A stretch of DNA of 64,000 nucleotides from a virus (lineage: Duplodnaviria > Caudoviricetes), in the IMG/VR virus record IMGVR_UViG_3300034061_006011. One strand, 5' to 3'. The translations under genes were made by a program, and so were the position numbers. The notes beneath the pieces are model-generated. The model searched no databases and was not told where the DNA came from. It worked only from the letters and a program-made list of their open reading frames with translations. This document shows, piece after piece, positions 9,094 through 19,172 of this stretch; within the stretch, counting starts at the first letter, position 1, and each line of letters begins with the position of its first letter.

Positions 9094-9283
9094 TTCTTTT
9101 AATCCGCATCATTTTAGCTGCACGACCACATTTAGGACATTTGAACTGGCGAGGTGTTCCACAGTTCATACATGTTCTAGGAATTTCTGTAAGATGTTTT
9201 AGATCATCTGAAATGCCGGTGGATGTTTCTGCCCAACGGCATTTCAGACATCGAATCATGAATTTTTTTTCTAAATCAGACAT
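9083..9283 (-). CDS. Small Zn-ribbon protein
   Basis: CLKC, CMNC, CPKC motifs. Confidence 0.6.
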   Translation of the reverse strand: MSDLEKKFMIRCLKCRWAETSTGISDDLKHLTEIPRTCMNCGTPRQFKCPKCGRAAKMMRIKRSAP

Positions 9284-9965
9284 AGTATTGGTTTGTCTTG
9301 TAGTCGCCAACGAACTTATCACTTAACTTAGCGATCTCATCATGTAATTTGTTAAATTTCTTTTCGTTTTTCTTAGTTTTTATTTCATCAAGACCATTTG
9401 GTACACTCATCTCACGCTCTAAATCATAAAGCTTCTGCTTTAAATCAACCAATTTCTTCATGTTAGGATCATCTGTCCAACCGGCAGAAACCTTTGTTCT
9501 GCCACTCTTGCCAACTCCATCTCTACCATAAGAATCAGAATCTACTTTATTAGGCAAATTAGCTAACTTCTTAACCTTAACAGTCAAACTGGTATCATCA
9601 GCATCAGCATCTTCAATACTTGGCTTTACATAATTAAAAGCATCAGGGTTAAGCAAATCATATGGAGATTTTTTTGACTTTTTAGCCTTTGTTTTTGATG
9701 TTGCTTTCTTACCTACTTTTTTTTTACGGACTTCATTGAGAATCTGACCATCTCCATCTTCGGAAAATGCTGGTACAGAAGCTTTTAGGATTCTTTCCCA
9801 ATCGCTCTTGTAGTTTGATAGCGTGTTATCAAAAGATTCCTTCAATGTGCAATACGCTTGATTCTTTACAACCTTCTTGCCGCCATTAGCTTCTTTGCTC
9901 TTGGCTTTATCCCAAACTTTGCAAAAGTCTTTCATTTGATCTTTTTGTTTTTCCCAGTCAGACAT
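9276..9965 (-). CDS. Hypothetical Lys-rich protein
   Basis: GGAGG RBS upstream of MSDWEK; TATATA box further upstream. Confidence 0.6.
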   Translation of the reverse strand: MSDWEKQKDQMKDFCKVWDKAKSKEANGGKKVVKNQAYCTLKESFDNTLSNYKSDWERILKASVPAFSEDGDGQILNEVRKKKVGKKATSKTKAKKSKKSPYDLLNPDAFNYVKPSIEDADADDTSLTVKVKKLANLPNKVDSDSYGRDGVGKSGRTKVSAGWTDDPNMKKLVDLKQKLYDLEREMSVPNGLDEIKTKKNEKKFNKLHDEIAKLSDKFVGDYKTNQYYV

Positions 9966-9992
9966 TGTTGTTGCCTCCATTAAACTATATAT

Positions 9993-10538
9993 TCAACTAT
10001 TTGCCTTTTTCAGCAACTTGGCAGATTCCTCTGCACTTTTGTCTTTGAATTCTTTGAACCAAGAACTGTTCTTGCCATAATATCTAGTGTTTCCAATAAA
10101 AAATACATATAAAGCTTCCTTAGTTTTCTTCAAATATGACAATTTTGATATCAACTTTTCTATACTTATGTCATCATTTATCTTAAGTCCAGACCTGATT
10201 AGCAAGGTAAGTAAGCTAAATTTGATCTTAGATTTCCAAAAATCACTTAATTTTACATAAAATAAATTTTTTCTTTGAGTTAAAAATATTTTTGATTTAT
10301 TTTTTATATTCAAGTGTTTTTCTATAAATTCAAATGTATTACACAATCTTTTCTTCTTGTAAGGAGGAATACATACAATCAGATTTTTTGTATATGGAAA
10401 ATCTTCATGAAATATTTCTCTGCACTTGTAAAACTGTTCGGCAACTAAAAATCCTTTATTGTTTTTTATAGCAACACTAAAACTGTTAGGAATTTGTTTA
10501 TACGGACATAATATTGTTATTATTTTCTCTTTTTTCAT
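9993..10538 (-). CDS. Hypothetical protein
   Basis: 181 aa ORF downstream of dnaE-C, same strand. Confidence 0.5.
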   Translation of the reverse strand: MKKEKIITILCPYKQIPNSFSVAIKNNKGFLVAEQFYKCREIFHEDFPYTKNLIVCIPPYKKKRLCNTFEFIEKHLNIKNKSKIFLTQRKNLFYVKLSDFWKSKIKFSLLTLLIRSGLKINDDISIEKLISKLSYLKKTKEALYVFFIGNTRYYGKNSSWFKEFKDKSAEESAKLLKKANS

Positions 10539-10923
10539 CTTTCAATACCATCCACCTTGCATCATCTTTTGGCATATACTTTTCTTTTGTGTAAAAAAAC
10601 ATTTGTAAGAAAAAAGGATATTCTTTTATTACAATATCGTCTCTTGAAATACCAGATGTAAAATCTTTAATTATTTCTTTACACAATCTTATCGCTTCAC
10701 CCTGAGAAGCATAAGCATATTTAAACAACTTGCCAACACATTTTGCAACACTTCCAAATTCATTGCACAATAAATCAACTATCTCTTCCTTCAACTTACC
10801 CTTTTGAAAAATAGCAGAAGACTGAAATACAGCTATAACATCATTCTTCTGCTTTTTCTTTGTCCTAATATTTCTAAAATATTTATCAAAGTTTTCTTCA
10901 GTTACAATAAGTTCGTTTTGCAT
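10498..10923 (-). CDS. Hypothetical protein
   Basis: 141 aa ORF directly downstream of dnaE-C. Confidence 0.55.
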   Translation of the reverse strand: MQNELIVTEENFDKYFRNIRTKKKQKNDVIAVFQSSAIFQKGKLKEEIVDLLCNEFGSVAKCVGKLFKYAYASQGEAIRLCKEIIKDFTSGISRDDIVIKEYPFFLQMFFYTKEKYMPKDDARWMVLKDEKRENNNNIMSV

Positions 10924-10931
10924 AAAATAAA

Positions 10932-13400
10932 CTAGTTTATTAAAACAATTCTGTAATCAAGAGTGTTTGATGGCAAAAGATATCTTTTATGTTGAGGAGG
11001 AGAGTTTAAACTAAAAGTAGAAAATCCATTGGTTGGTGGAGAAACCTGTATTGATAAACAATTATTCTTTTCTAGAATATGCTTAAATATCACATAATCG
11101 TCTGCCCATACATTAATTCTTTCTATCCTAAACTCACTGTCCATGCCAATTAACTGACAATATGATTTGTTATTCTTAGAATACTTAACATTCACATCTA
11201 AAACTTCAATCTGAACATTGTGCCTGCGAACACCATTAGCATGCAATTCAATAGAATTTGCAAATGTACAACTAGGATCGTACATTTTGAATGTAGACAA
11301 TCGACAAGTAAACTGAAAACCATAATGCTTTCTTTCTGCCAAATGAATGTCGTTAAGATCAAGAATCAATTCTTTATCATCAATTGTAATTTCATCTTCA
11401 TCAAAATCATCATAACTAATCTCTACCTCGGCTGTTCCTTTCTGTGTCATCCTCTTCCATTTTTTATGCAATTTCAATACGTCTGGACTAGGATTTATAC
11501 TTGAAAGTATACCAAACAAACTTTCAGATAACTCCAAATTATAATACTTTTCTGGCAATAAACTCATAATACTTTTCTTAAGATCCAAATAACTTTTATT
11601 AGATCTTTTATTCTTGTCAATAACTTTCTTGTTCTGAAGAGAATACGCTTGCCAGAACTTGTAATCCTTCTCAGTATTGACCCCAAACACACGCAAAGGA
11701 ATCAAAGCTTTCAATACACTAGCATCCGATCCAAACCGCTGTAGAAAATCGTGTATGCCCTTATAAGGCTTCTTTAATACTATATCTCTAGCTGTATCCT
11801 CTCCAATTCCCTTAATGTTGCCAAACCCTGCATAAATCTGATTGTCTTGAATAGAAAAATTATAACTGCTTTTGTTTATGTCAACAGGATTAACAATCAC
11901 TCCATGCTTGTAAGCATCTGTAATGTAAACTCTTTTCTTCTCCTCATCCTTTTCTAACATCAGAAGAGCAGCATAAAATTCAAGCGGATAATGTGTCTTT
12001 AAATATAGTTGGCGTGATGAAACGTAAGTATAAGCTGTGGCATGACTTAGGTTGAATCCATAAGCGGCGAAAGCTTCAATTTCAGAGAAAATTTGTGCTA
12101 CTTCTTCTCTTGTTGCTTCAAGTACATGGATGCCGTTTTCAATAAACTGTTCTTTATATTTTATAAAGCTTGATATTTTTTTCTTTGAAATGGCTTTTCT
12201 GATTGTTTCGCAGTCTTTGAGTGGAATTTTACCAACTACGTTAAGGATTCTCATAACTTGTTCTTGGTAGACAATAATTCCATATGTAGAAGAAAGAATT
12301 GGTGCAAGAGCGGGATGAAGTGTGTATTCTTCTTGTTTTGTTTTTCTTCTAATGAATACTTTATCCATTTCTGCGTTAAGCGGACCCGGACGATACAAAC
12401 TGACGATTGCTACTAAGTCATTAAAACTATCGATCCCAGAGGCTTTTACGACCTCTCTAATGCCACTGCTATCATACTGGAACACACCAATAAGATCTGC
12501 GTCATTAGCATTTGCTATTGATTTTGGATCATTCAGATAAGATATATCATCCCAATCTTCATTATTGCCTGAAATGAATTTTACATTATGTCTTTCTTTT
12601 ACCATCTTTGCAGTATATGCCATTTGTTCTAAAGCACTAATTACCAACAAATCAAATTTTACAAGACCAAGCGGTCCAAGTTCTTGTGTCGCTAATCCTT
12701 CAACAAATTGTGATACTAAGTGATCACCACCAGTAGTTTTCATTAAGGGAACGAATTTGTTAATTTCATCTCTGCATATAATAACACCACCAGCATGTTT
12801 GCCTGTATTTCTAATTCTATGAAGCAACTTTTGAACTGCTAATGCTAATTCTGGATATTTTCCAAGATATGATTTTAATTCAGGAAAAGTATCAACAGCT
12901 TCCTCATAAGTCAATTCATCCCCATCTTCATCTCTCATCCTTAAATTCTTAGTAATATTTAAAACTTCATTTCTGTCTAATCCATATATTCTCGCCATGT
13001 CAATCATGGCGCTCTTAAGAGCATATCTTCCATAAGTTCCGATTGAACAAGTATTTACAGCTTTGTATTCACTAGGTGCGTATGTATTTTTAAGATAATC
13101 TCTAACATCTGCTATAAAGTCAATATCAACGTCTGGAAATTCATTTGTTTTTGTTTTAGGCATTTCGTTTATGTTAAATTCATCACATATTCCGAGAAGA
13201 ACTGGAACAAGGAGATTGTTTTCATTGGGTAATTTCTTTTTTTGTCTTACGAGGTCGATGAAATAATCGCAGCAATTTTGTGTTTCAATTTCAATTAATT
13301 CATATCTGAGCCTGAACTTATGTTCTGGATCATTGCAAAAAGGAAATTTGTTAAACTGATGTTTGATCAGTTTTGTAAAATTTTCAATTGTAATGCTCAT
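10932..13400 (-). CDS. dnaE: DNA polymerase III alpha (DnaE), C-terminal polymerase/HhH/OB part of a split gene
   Basis: FPDVDIDF, GKHAGGV, GLVKFDLL, GVFQYDS, LYRPGP, IIVYQEQVM, AYGFNLSHA, GFGNIKGIG. Confidence 0.92.
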   Translation of the reverse strand: MSITIENFTKLIKHQFNKFPFCNDPEHKFRLRYELIEIETQNCCDYFIDLVRQKKKLPNENNLLVPVLLGICDEFNINEMPKTKTNEFPDVDIDFIADVRDYLKNTYAPSEYKAVNTCSIGTYGRYALKSAMIDMARIYGLDRNEVLNITKNLRMRDEDGDELTYEEAVDTFPELKSYLGKYPELALAVQKLLHRIRNTGKHAGGVIICRDEINKFVPLMKTTGGDHLVSQFVEGLATQELGPLGLVKFDLLVISALEQMAYTAKMVKERHNVKFISGNNEDWDDISYLNDPKSIANANDADLIGVFQYDSSGIREVVKASGIDSFNDLVAIVSLYRPGPLNAEMDKVFIRRKTKQEEYTLHPALAPILSSTYGIIVYQEQVMRILNVVGKIPLKDCETIRKAISKKKISSFIKYKEQFIENGIHVLEATREEVAQIFSEIEAFAAYGFNLSHATAYTYVSSRQLYLKTHYPLEFYAALLMLEKDEEKKRVYITDAYKHGVIVNPVDINKSSYNFSIQDNQIYAGFGNIKGIGEDTARDIVLKKPYKGIHDFLQRFGSDASVLKALIPLRVFGVNTEKDYKFWQAYSLQNKKVIDKNKRSNKSYLDLKKSIMSLLPEKYYNLELSESLFGILSSINPSPDVLKLHKKWKRMTQKGTAEVEISYDDFDEDEITIDDKELILDLNDIHLAERKHYGFQFTCRLSTFKMYDPSCTFANSIELHANGVRRHNVQIEVLDVNVKYSKNNKSYCQLIGMDSEFRIERINVWADDYVIFKHILEKNNCLSIQVSPPTNGFSTFSLNSPPQHKRYLLPSNTLDYRIVLIN

Positions 13401-13406
13401 ATAGGT

Positions 13407-13435
13407 ATTTTACTAGATTTGGTTGTAAAAATCAA
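13407..13435 (-). promoter_or_regulatory. Sigma70-type promoter, near-leaderless start of dnaE-C
   Basis: TTGATT-17 nt-TAAAAT, 6 nt to ATG at 13400. Confidence 0.6.
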
Positions 13436-13468
13436 ACGAAAATCGTAAATAAAGCATAGAGGTGAACA

Positions 13469-13762
13469 ATGGCAAAAAAAATTAAATCATTAGCTGCTTA
13501 TAAAAAAGATTTAGAAATCAGTGATTCTCGTAAGAAAATGCAAGACATCATGAAAAGTTATGCTTTTCCTGATCCGAATGCACCAGAAGACACATTTGTC
13601 AAAGGTAAGCATTACGGTTTCCCACTACAAGGCAAAAAGAGTTTGCCCTATAGAGCTAAAGGTTATAACACAGATAAGCCTTTTGGCGATTTAGGAACAC
13701 CAAGTATTGATTTTTCAAAGACAAGTAAATTTGATGACTATGAAGTTAGCCACTTGGACTAA
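13469..13762 (+). CDS. Hypothetical protein
   Basis: GAGGTG RBS and TAAATA box (13446-13451) upstream. Confidence 0.65.
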   Translation: MAKKIKSLAAYKKDLEISDSRKKMQDIMKSYAFPDPNAPEDTFVKGKHYGFPLQGKKSLPYRAKGYNTDKPFGDLGTPSIDFSKTSKFDDYEVSHLD

Positions 13763-13764
13763 AA

Positions 13765-15117
13765 ATGATGAACTTTAAATCTTGGTTAATTTTATCTGAA
13801 ACAATAACGGTCAAGGACCAAGAATTTCGTGAGCCATTGACTGCATTGAAACACATACAAGAAACTCATCCAAATCCAGAAAATCTTGTTGTTACGTTTA
13901 CAATGATTGATAAAGTTGGCATCAATCCAAAAAGTAAATACGATACGCCTCTTGGCATTTACTTTTATCCAATAGATTTTGTCATTGAAAAGAAAATGAA
14001 TGTTCCATTTGCTGGAGAACAACCTTATCTTAATGTTTGCGAGTTTACAAGACCAGAAAAAATATTACACATGACTTCTGATATAAATAATCAGAAAGGA
14101 TTGGATTTACTTAATGTGTTTGCAAAAGAAGAAGTTGATCTTGCAATAGAACGCCTTGAGAACAATTATGAATTGCGTAGTAATTATTCTAAATTATGGC
14201 TTGTGACCAGAGAAATGGCATTCCATAAACCTGTTTTATGGAATGCTAATTTAAGAAAATGTGAGATTGATGGATTTGTAGATCATAATACTAAAACAAT
14301 TCATGAAAACGAACCAACTCAAGGTGTTGTTTTTACTGGTACTGCGTTGAGAAGGATACTTGTGATTCCACAAATATTGAGGAAGCCATTACCTGATATA
14401 AACAAAATTCCTTTGAACCAACTTGAAAAATTGTTAAAAAATAGAAATTTGTTTAATAATGATATTCAAAAATTTCTTGATGACGCAGAAAACAAAGATG
14501 AAATAGCAAGAATTATAATTCAATATAAACCAGAATTGTCTAATGACGATATTTCTACTTTGCTTTATTATGCAGAAAATAAAGATGAAATAGCAAGAAT
14601 ATTGGGTTCAGACAATATTAATAAATTATCTGATGATGATATTTATAGTTTGCTTAGACTTACAAAAAACAAAGATGAAATGGCAGGAATATTTTCATCA
14701 GACAATATTAATAAATTATCTGGTGATCATGTTTATAACTTGCTTATTTATACAAAAAACAAAGGTCAAATGGCAAGAATATTAGGTCCAGACAATATTA
14801 ATAAATTAACTGCTAAAAATGTTTCTGATTTGCTTCATTATGCATCTAACAAAAATAAAATGGCAGAAATGGCAGAAATATTAGGTCCAGAAAATATTAA
14901 TAAATTAACTAATAGTGATGTTTATAGTTTGCTTCGTAATGCATATGACATAGAAGAAATGGCAAGAATATTAGGTAAAGAAAATATTGATAAACTAAAT
15001 TCTGATAATGTTTATAATTTGCTTCATTATGCATCTAACAAAAATAAAATGAGACAAATCTTAAGAAAGTATTACACAGGAACAAATCCAGAAGTAATTT
15101 CTTTACTCAAACAATAA
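13765..15117 (+). CDS. Putative ADP-ribosyltransferase-fold protein with ~30-aa helical repeats; capsid-targeting-like leader
   Basis: MMNFKSWLILSE; TPLGIYFYP, PYLNV, EIDGFVD, IHENEPTQGVVF shared with 51182..52624. Confidence 0.45.
   Translation: MMNFKSWLILSETITVKDQEFREPLTALKHIQETHPNPENLVVTFTMIDKVGINPKSKYDTPLGIYFYPIDFVIEKKMNVPFAGEQPYLNVCEFTRPEKILHMTSDINNQKGLDLLNVFAKEEVDLAIERLENNYELRSNYSKLWLVTREMAFHKPVLWNANLRKCEIDGFVDHNTKTIHENEPTQGVVFTGTALRRILVIPQILRKPLPDINKIPLNQLEKLLKNRNLFNNDIQKFLDDAENKDEIARIIIQYKPELSNDDISTLLYYAENKDEIARILGSDNINKLSDDDIYSLLRLTKNKDEMAGIFSSDNINKLSGDHVYNLLIYTKNKGQMARILGPDNINKLTAKNVSDLLHYASNKNKMAEMAEILGPENINKLTNSDVYSLLRNAYDIEEMARILGKENIDKLNSDNVYNLLHYASNKNKMRQILRKYYTGTNPEVISLLKQ
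14491..15060 (+). repeat. Coding tandem repeat, about 90 bp / 30 aa unit, 6-7 copies
   Basis: Units such as NKDEIARILGSDNINKLSDDDIYSLLRLTK and NKGQMARILGPDNINKLTAKNVSDLLHYAS; DNA repeats gcaagaatattaggt and gacaatattaataaatt. Confidence 0.9.
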
Positions 15118-15124
15118 ATAAACA

Positions 15125-16468
15125 TCAAGATTGACTAAACTTCAGTACAGCTTGACTACCTCTATTCTCTGAGAGGAATCTAGAGAACAGTAGGTCATGT
15201 CTGATTGGATCTACGTCAGTAACACCAAGTAAATATAAGACGAGAGAACCAGCACCAGAACCTCGACCGGGTCCAACCGCATAAACACCATCCAAACCAG
15301 TAATCTCATGACTAATTCTCCTAGCTTCATCAGTAAAACTTTTAACAATTAAAAAGTAAGATGAAAATTGCTTTCTAAAAATCAAATCTAATTCTTCTAA
15401 TATTCTCTTGAAATAAACATCATTAGTTTTACTAATCCCTCTCTTCTTCAAACCTTGCATTACTAATTCTTTCAATTTCTCCTCTTCATCAATAATCTTA
15501 GGCAATTTAACACTTCTATCCAACTTAACATTCTCTGCCATACGACATATCTTAACAGTATTCATCTTGGCTTGTTCAAATATCTCCAAAGGAATTACAT
15601 CAGAATATTTCTCAAGCCACTTCTTGTTCATTTCATCTTCAGTCTTCATCCAAAGGTTTCTATCCTGCAATTCAAAAACATCAGCATTTTCTGACTTCAA
15701 CTTTTCAATTTCAGCTAATGTTCTCTTAGTGTTAACCAACATCATTATTGTCTGATACTTGCTATCTTCCTCATATGCATAATGAACATCATTGCTCATA
15801 ATCATAGGAATGCCATGCTTAAGATGCATTTCTACTAAAAATTGGTCATAACCTCTCTGATACTCAAAATCAAGCAACATCATTTCAAGATAAAAGTTAT
15901 CACCAAACATATCCTTGTATTTCAGAACCATTTCTTCTGCTTTTTCTTTTCCATATAGCTTCAAAGCTCTTGCTGCTTCTGAAGCGCAACAACAACTAGT
16001 AAAGATTATACCTTCTCTGTGTTTCTTTAATAATTCATGATTAACTCTAGGTTTCCTATAAAAACCTTGTGACCAACCAAGGCTACAAAGTTTAGTTAAG
16101 TTTTCGTAACCTTTGTTTGAAACGGCAATGGCTAATATATGACTTGATGTTTTGAATGCTTCGTATTGATCAGGAGAAAGACTCTTTATGAAGTTATTTC
16201 TTTCTTCTTCGTTCTCAGTTGCTTCTGTGTGAATAGGATTAACGTAAAGCTCGCAGCCAAAAACTGGCTTAAACTTCTTTTTATCAAATTGTTCTGTTTG
16301 TGAGATTAGACTTGGGATTGATGCCATGAGTCCATGATCGGTAACACAAAGGTAATCACCATGTGTGCTCCATCTGTCGCAATATTCTAAAATTTTCCCA
16401 AAACCGTCAAGGATACTGTATTCGCTGTGTAAATGCAAATGTTCAAAGCCAACAATATTCATGTGCAT
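15125..16468 (-). CDS. dnaE: DNA polymerase III alpha (DnaE), N-terminal PHP part of a split gene
   Basis: HLHLHSEYSILDG, VTDHG, GCELY, SHIL, NDVHY, GPGRGSGAGSLVLYLLGVTDVDPIRHDLLFSRFLSENR then stop. Confidence 0.92.
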   Translation of the reverse strand: MHMNIVGFEHLHLHSEYSILDGFGKILEYCDRWSTHGDYLCVTDHGLMASIPSLISQTEQFDKKKFKPVFGCELYVNPIHTEATENEEERNNFIKSLSPDQYEAFKTSSHILAIAVSNKGYENLTKLCSLGWSQGFYRKPRVNHELLKKHREGIIFTSCCCASEAARALKLYGKEKAEEMVLKYKDMFGDNFYLEMMLLDFEYQRGYDQFLVEMHLKHGIPMIMSNDVHYAYEEDSKYQTIMMLVNTKRTLAEIEKLKSENADVFELQDRNLWMKTEDEMNKKWLEKYSDVIPLEIFEQAKMNTVKICRMAENVKLDRSVKLPKIIDEEEKLKELVMQGLKKRGISKTNDVYFKRILEELDLIFRKQFSSYFLIVKSFTDEARRISHEITGLDGVYAVGPGRGSGAGSLVLYLLGVTDVDPIRHDLLFSRFLSENRGSQAVLKFSQS

Positions 16469-16504
16469 AGCTCTTCCTTGCTAACAACAAATTACCTCCA
16501 CATT

Positions 16505-16759
16505 TTAACAAATGGAGGTGTTTTGTACCAGACTTCTTTTGTATTGATCTTCTAATAAGAACAAAGATTCACGAAGACGATGAACTTCTTTATTCAATCT
16601 TTCGATTGTCATTTGTTGTAAAGAATCAATAGATTGAAGTTCTTCGTTGTGTTTTTTGAGATGTTGTATTTGATTAAACATTTCAAGAGGACTTTGTTTA
16701 ATCAAAATAGAAATGTCTTGAGTATCATTCATAATAATCATCTTTCCTATCAAGTACAC
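16505..16759 (-). CDS. Hypothetical coiled-coil protein
   Basis: Heptad-rich 84 aa ORF upstream of dnaE-N; start uncertain. Confidence 0.45.
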   Translation of the reverse strand: MYLIGKMIIMNDTQDISILIKQSPLEMFNQIQHLKKHNEELQSIDSLQQMTIERLNKEVHRLRESLFLLEDQYKRSLVQNTSIC

Positions 16760-16837
16760 TAAAGTATACCATAAACATAATAAACATAAAAGTCAAATTT
16801 AAAAATGCAAAATATTCAATTGTTTCGTTTAACATTT

Positions 16838-17578
16838 TTAAACCTTTACCACTCCAAGCATGCGATTTCTTACATCCCGCCAACCAATCATATTAGGAAC
16901 TTCAAAGTCACCATTTCTTACCAATAGCAAGCCGTTTTCTTTAACAGCGCCCATGATTTTGTTAATATCAAATTTATATTTGTTCATATCCCAGAATATT
17001 ATTTTATATTTTTTTTCAGGTTCAAGTTCTGTTGTAAGCTTCATGCTATGTTGAAACATATGTTTATTTTCTAGAACATAATCATCAAGAACTAATGTTT
17101 CTGTTTCATCTTCTGTGAAGAAAAATGACCATATATAACCAAATGGCATATTGCCATATTGGTCACTAAGTCTATAGTAGTGTGGCGATTTGTTTGTGTA
17201 ATAAAAATGCCACTCATCTTTAAAAAATTCTTTTAAATTAATTTTCTCATAATTTCTTAGAACCAAATCAGTATCAGTATCAAATTTCAATGGAGACTCT
17301 GAAAAAGCACCTTTGACCAACATGCTTTCACAATATTTTTTAATATAATTGTTTACATAATCAATATTTTTGATTAATTCTTCATCACAAAACACATTAA
17401 AAAAACATCTTTTTTGAATAATAGACTTTAAAAAACATGTATTAGCAAGAGATCTGTCTCCGAATAAAAATATTTTAACATTTTTATCTTCCAGACTGTT
17501 ATCAAATTTAGAATACCATTTACCGAATGGTAAGCCGGGTGCATTTTGAAAAACGAATCTTAAAGCTGGTTGACTCAT
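16838..17578 (-). CDS. Hypothetical protein translationally coupled to spoVR
   Basis: ATG overlaps spoVR TGA (ATGA). Confidence 0.6.
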   Translation of the reverse strand: MSQPALRFVFQNAPGLPFGKWYSKFDNSLEDKNVKIFLFGDRSLANTCFLKSIIQKRCFFNVFCDEELIKNIDYVNNYIKKYCESMLVKGAFSESPLKFDTDTDLVLRNYEKINLKEFFKDEWHFYYTNKSPHYYRLSDQYGNMPFGYIWSFFFTEDETETLVLDDYVLENKHMFQHSMKLTTELEPEKKYKIIFWDMNKYKFDINKIMGAVKENGLLLVRNGDFEVPNMIGWRDVRNRMLGVVKV

Positions 17579-19170
17579 AGCCGCATCAATTGCTCCCTAC
17601 TAATCGTCTTGGGATCAGCAAGCGAATAGTCACCATTCATATCTTGACAATAATAAAACACTTCATCATTATTGTGATTGATTGTTTGCAATGCTACAGG
17701 TTGTCTCATTAAAAGGCAAATAGATTTAATTACTTCATAAGCATATGGTTTATACAATTCTAAACCATCAGAATAATGTTGTATAAAGAAAATATTCCCT
17801 TTAAAATTAGGTTCAACTAATTTAATGTTTGGCAATCCTCTATTGATATGTTTCTTAAGAAGATTCTTTTTAATCTTCTTGTAATCATGACTTTCAATCT
17901 TAACTTCACCAGTTGGATATCTTTTATATTCAAAGAACTCATTCTTTTCACAAAAATCTTTAGTAAAGAATTCATTAATTAACTGAAAATCATCATAGTT
18001 TTTGCAAACTTCAAACACCTTTTCTTTACCTAATCCTAATTTTTGATCCCAATTTTCTTTAAGTAATGGATCTGTGCAAGATTCATATTCGCTTCCGAAT
18101 CTGCCTTTGTTCCATCTTTCTTCAATATCCATCAAAAGAGTAAAGCCAAGTTTATATGGATTGGTGCTATATTTGCCTCCAAGCACACCTGCTTTATGAA
18201 TTGAATATTCAACAATCCCAGCGTCTTCTGCTTCTTGTCCAAGGCTGCAATAGCCTTGTTTAGCAATAATATTGTAGTCTGTCCATGAGGCTAGACCTTC
18301 GTTGCATACTTTAGTTTTACCTTGTGGGCTAAAATAAATTGCTTCGTTGTAAAGAATTTCTGCAATATCTCGTTGCCAAGGTTTGAATGGTGCGTTTTCT
18401 TTAATATACCCAAATACATCAGATTCTGGGTTAGCCATCATATTCAGATCATTTAATATTTCTCGTTCTTCAATTTTTGTATTTTGAGCATTAATAAATT
18501 CTTTTGTATTGATCCAGTCTTCCATGTAATCATTTTTTGTTTTAATTCTTCTTGGGAAAGAGTATTCTCTTTTATCTGTGATTACAACTTCTTTAGCTTT
18601 TCTTTCTTTCCAAATATTCATTGGATCGACAAGTGTTTCAAGACGCATTAAATTATCAATAAATTCTGTAACAGTTTCTCTTCCATATCGAGACATGTAT
18701 TTTCTTACATTAGATCCATTGTTGGCAAGTTCATTATGAGCATTCGTATTAGTTCTAGAAAAATGAATGTTATTCTTGAAGAAATGAACATGCCCAAGAG
18801 CATGAGCAATAACCGTAATATTATCAAGAATTGTGTTTGAATTTAGACAATATAGATATGATGGATTACAGTTGATAACCATTTCATATATTCTATGGTT
18901 GCCGTGCAGATAACCACGTTGCATTTCTTCGTATTCAGCGCCAAACTTCCAATGTGGATATCTTACTGCAAATCCACCATAGCTTGCAACTTCACTCATT
19001 TCATCATGAGAAAGCATTTGTACAATGGTTGGATAAAAATCAAGACCAAAATCTTTACAAGCTTTAAAAATGGTAGGGATATGTTTCTGTAGTTCTTCTG
19101 GAATTGGCACACCGGGGGTGGTTGCTGATCCAAACAGAACAGGTGAACCAAATAAGAATTTATCACTCAT
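17575..19170 (-). CDS. spoVR: SpoVR/YcgB family protein
   Basis: RYPHWKFG, IYEMVINCNP, VIAHALGHVHFFKNN, YFSPQGKTKVCNEGLAS, NPYKLG. Confidence 0.93.
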   Translation of the reverse strand: MSDKFLFGSPVLFGSATTPGVPIPEELQKHIPTIFKACKDFGLDFYPTIVQMLSHDEMSEVASYGGFAVRYPHWKFGAEYEEMQRGYLHGNHRIYEMVINCNPSYLYCLNSNTILDNITVIAHALGHVHFFKNNIHFSRTNTNAHNELANNGSNVRKYMSRYGRETVTEFIDNLMRLETLVDPMNIWKERKAKEVVITDKREYSFPRRIKTKNDYMEDWINTKEFINAQNTKIEEREILNDLNMMANPESDVFGYIKENAPFKPWQRDIAEILYNEAIYFSPQGKTKVCNEGLASWTDYNIIAKQGYCSLGQEAEDAGIVEYSIHKAGVLGGKYSTNPYKLGFTLLMDIEERWNKGRFGSEYESCTDPLLKENWDQKLGLGKEKVFEVCKNYDDFQLINEFFTKDFCEKNEFFEYKRYPTGEVKIESHDYKKIKKNLLKKHINRGLPNIKLVEPNFKGNIFFIQHYSDGLELYKPYAYEVIKSICLLMRQPVALQTINHNNDEVFYYCQDMNGDYSLADPKTISREQLMRL

Positions 19171-19172
19171 TT

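Noticed and set aside
14491-15060. CRISPR array or DGR variable region
   Set aside because: The repeats are degenerate, in-frame, 90-bp coding units without unique spacers; no cas or reverse transcriptase gene is seen.
13400-15125. Split intein or self-splicing intron joining the dnaE halves
   Set aside because: The N-half ends RGSQAVLKFSQS with no Cys/Ser-initiated intein domain, and the C-half has no HN-[CST] junction before PDVDID. The gap is filled by two antisense genes and the C-half has its own promoter.
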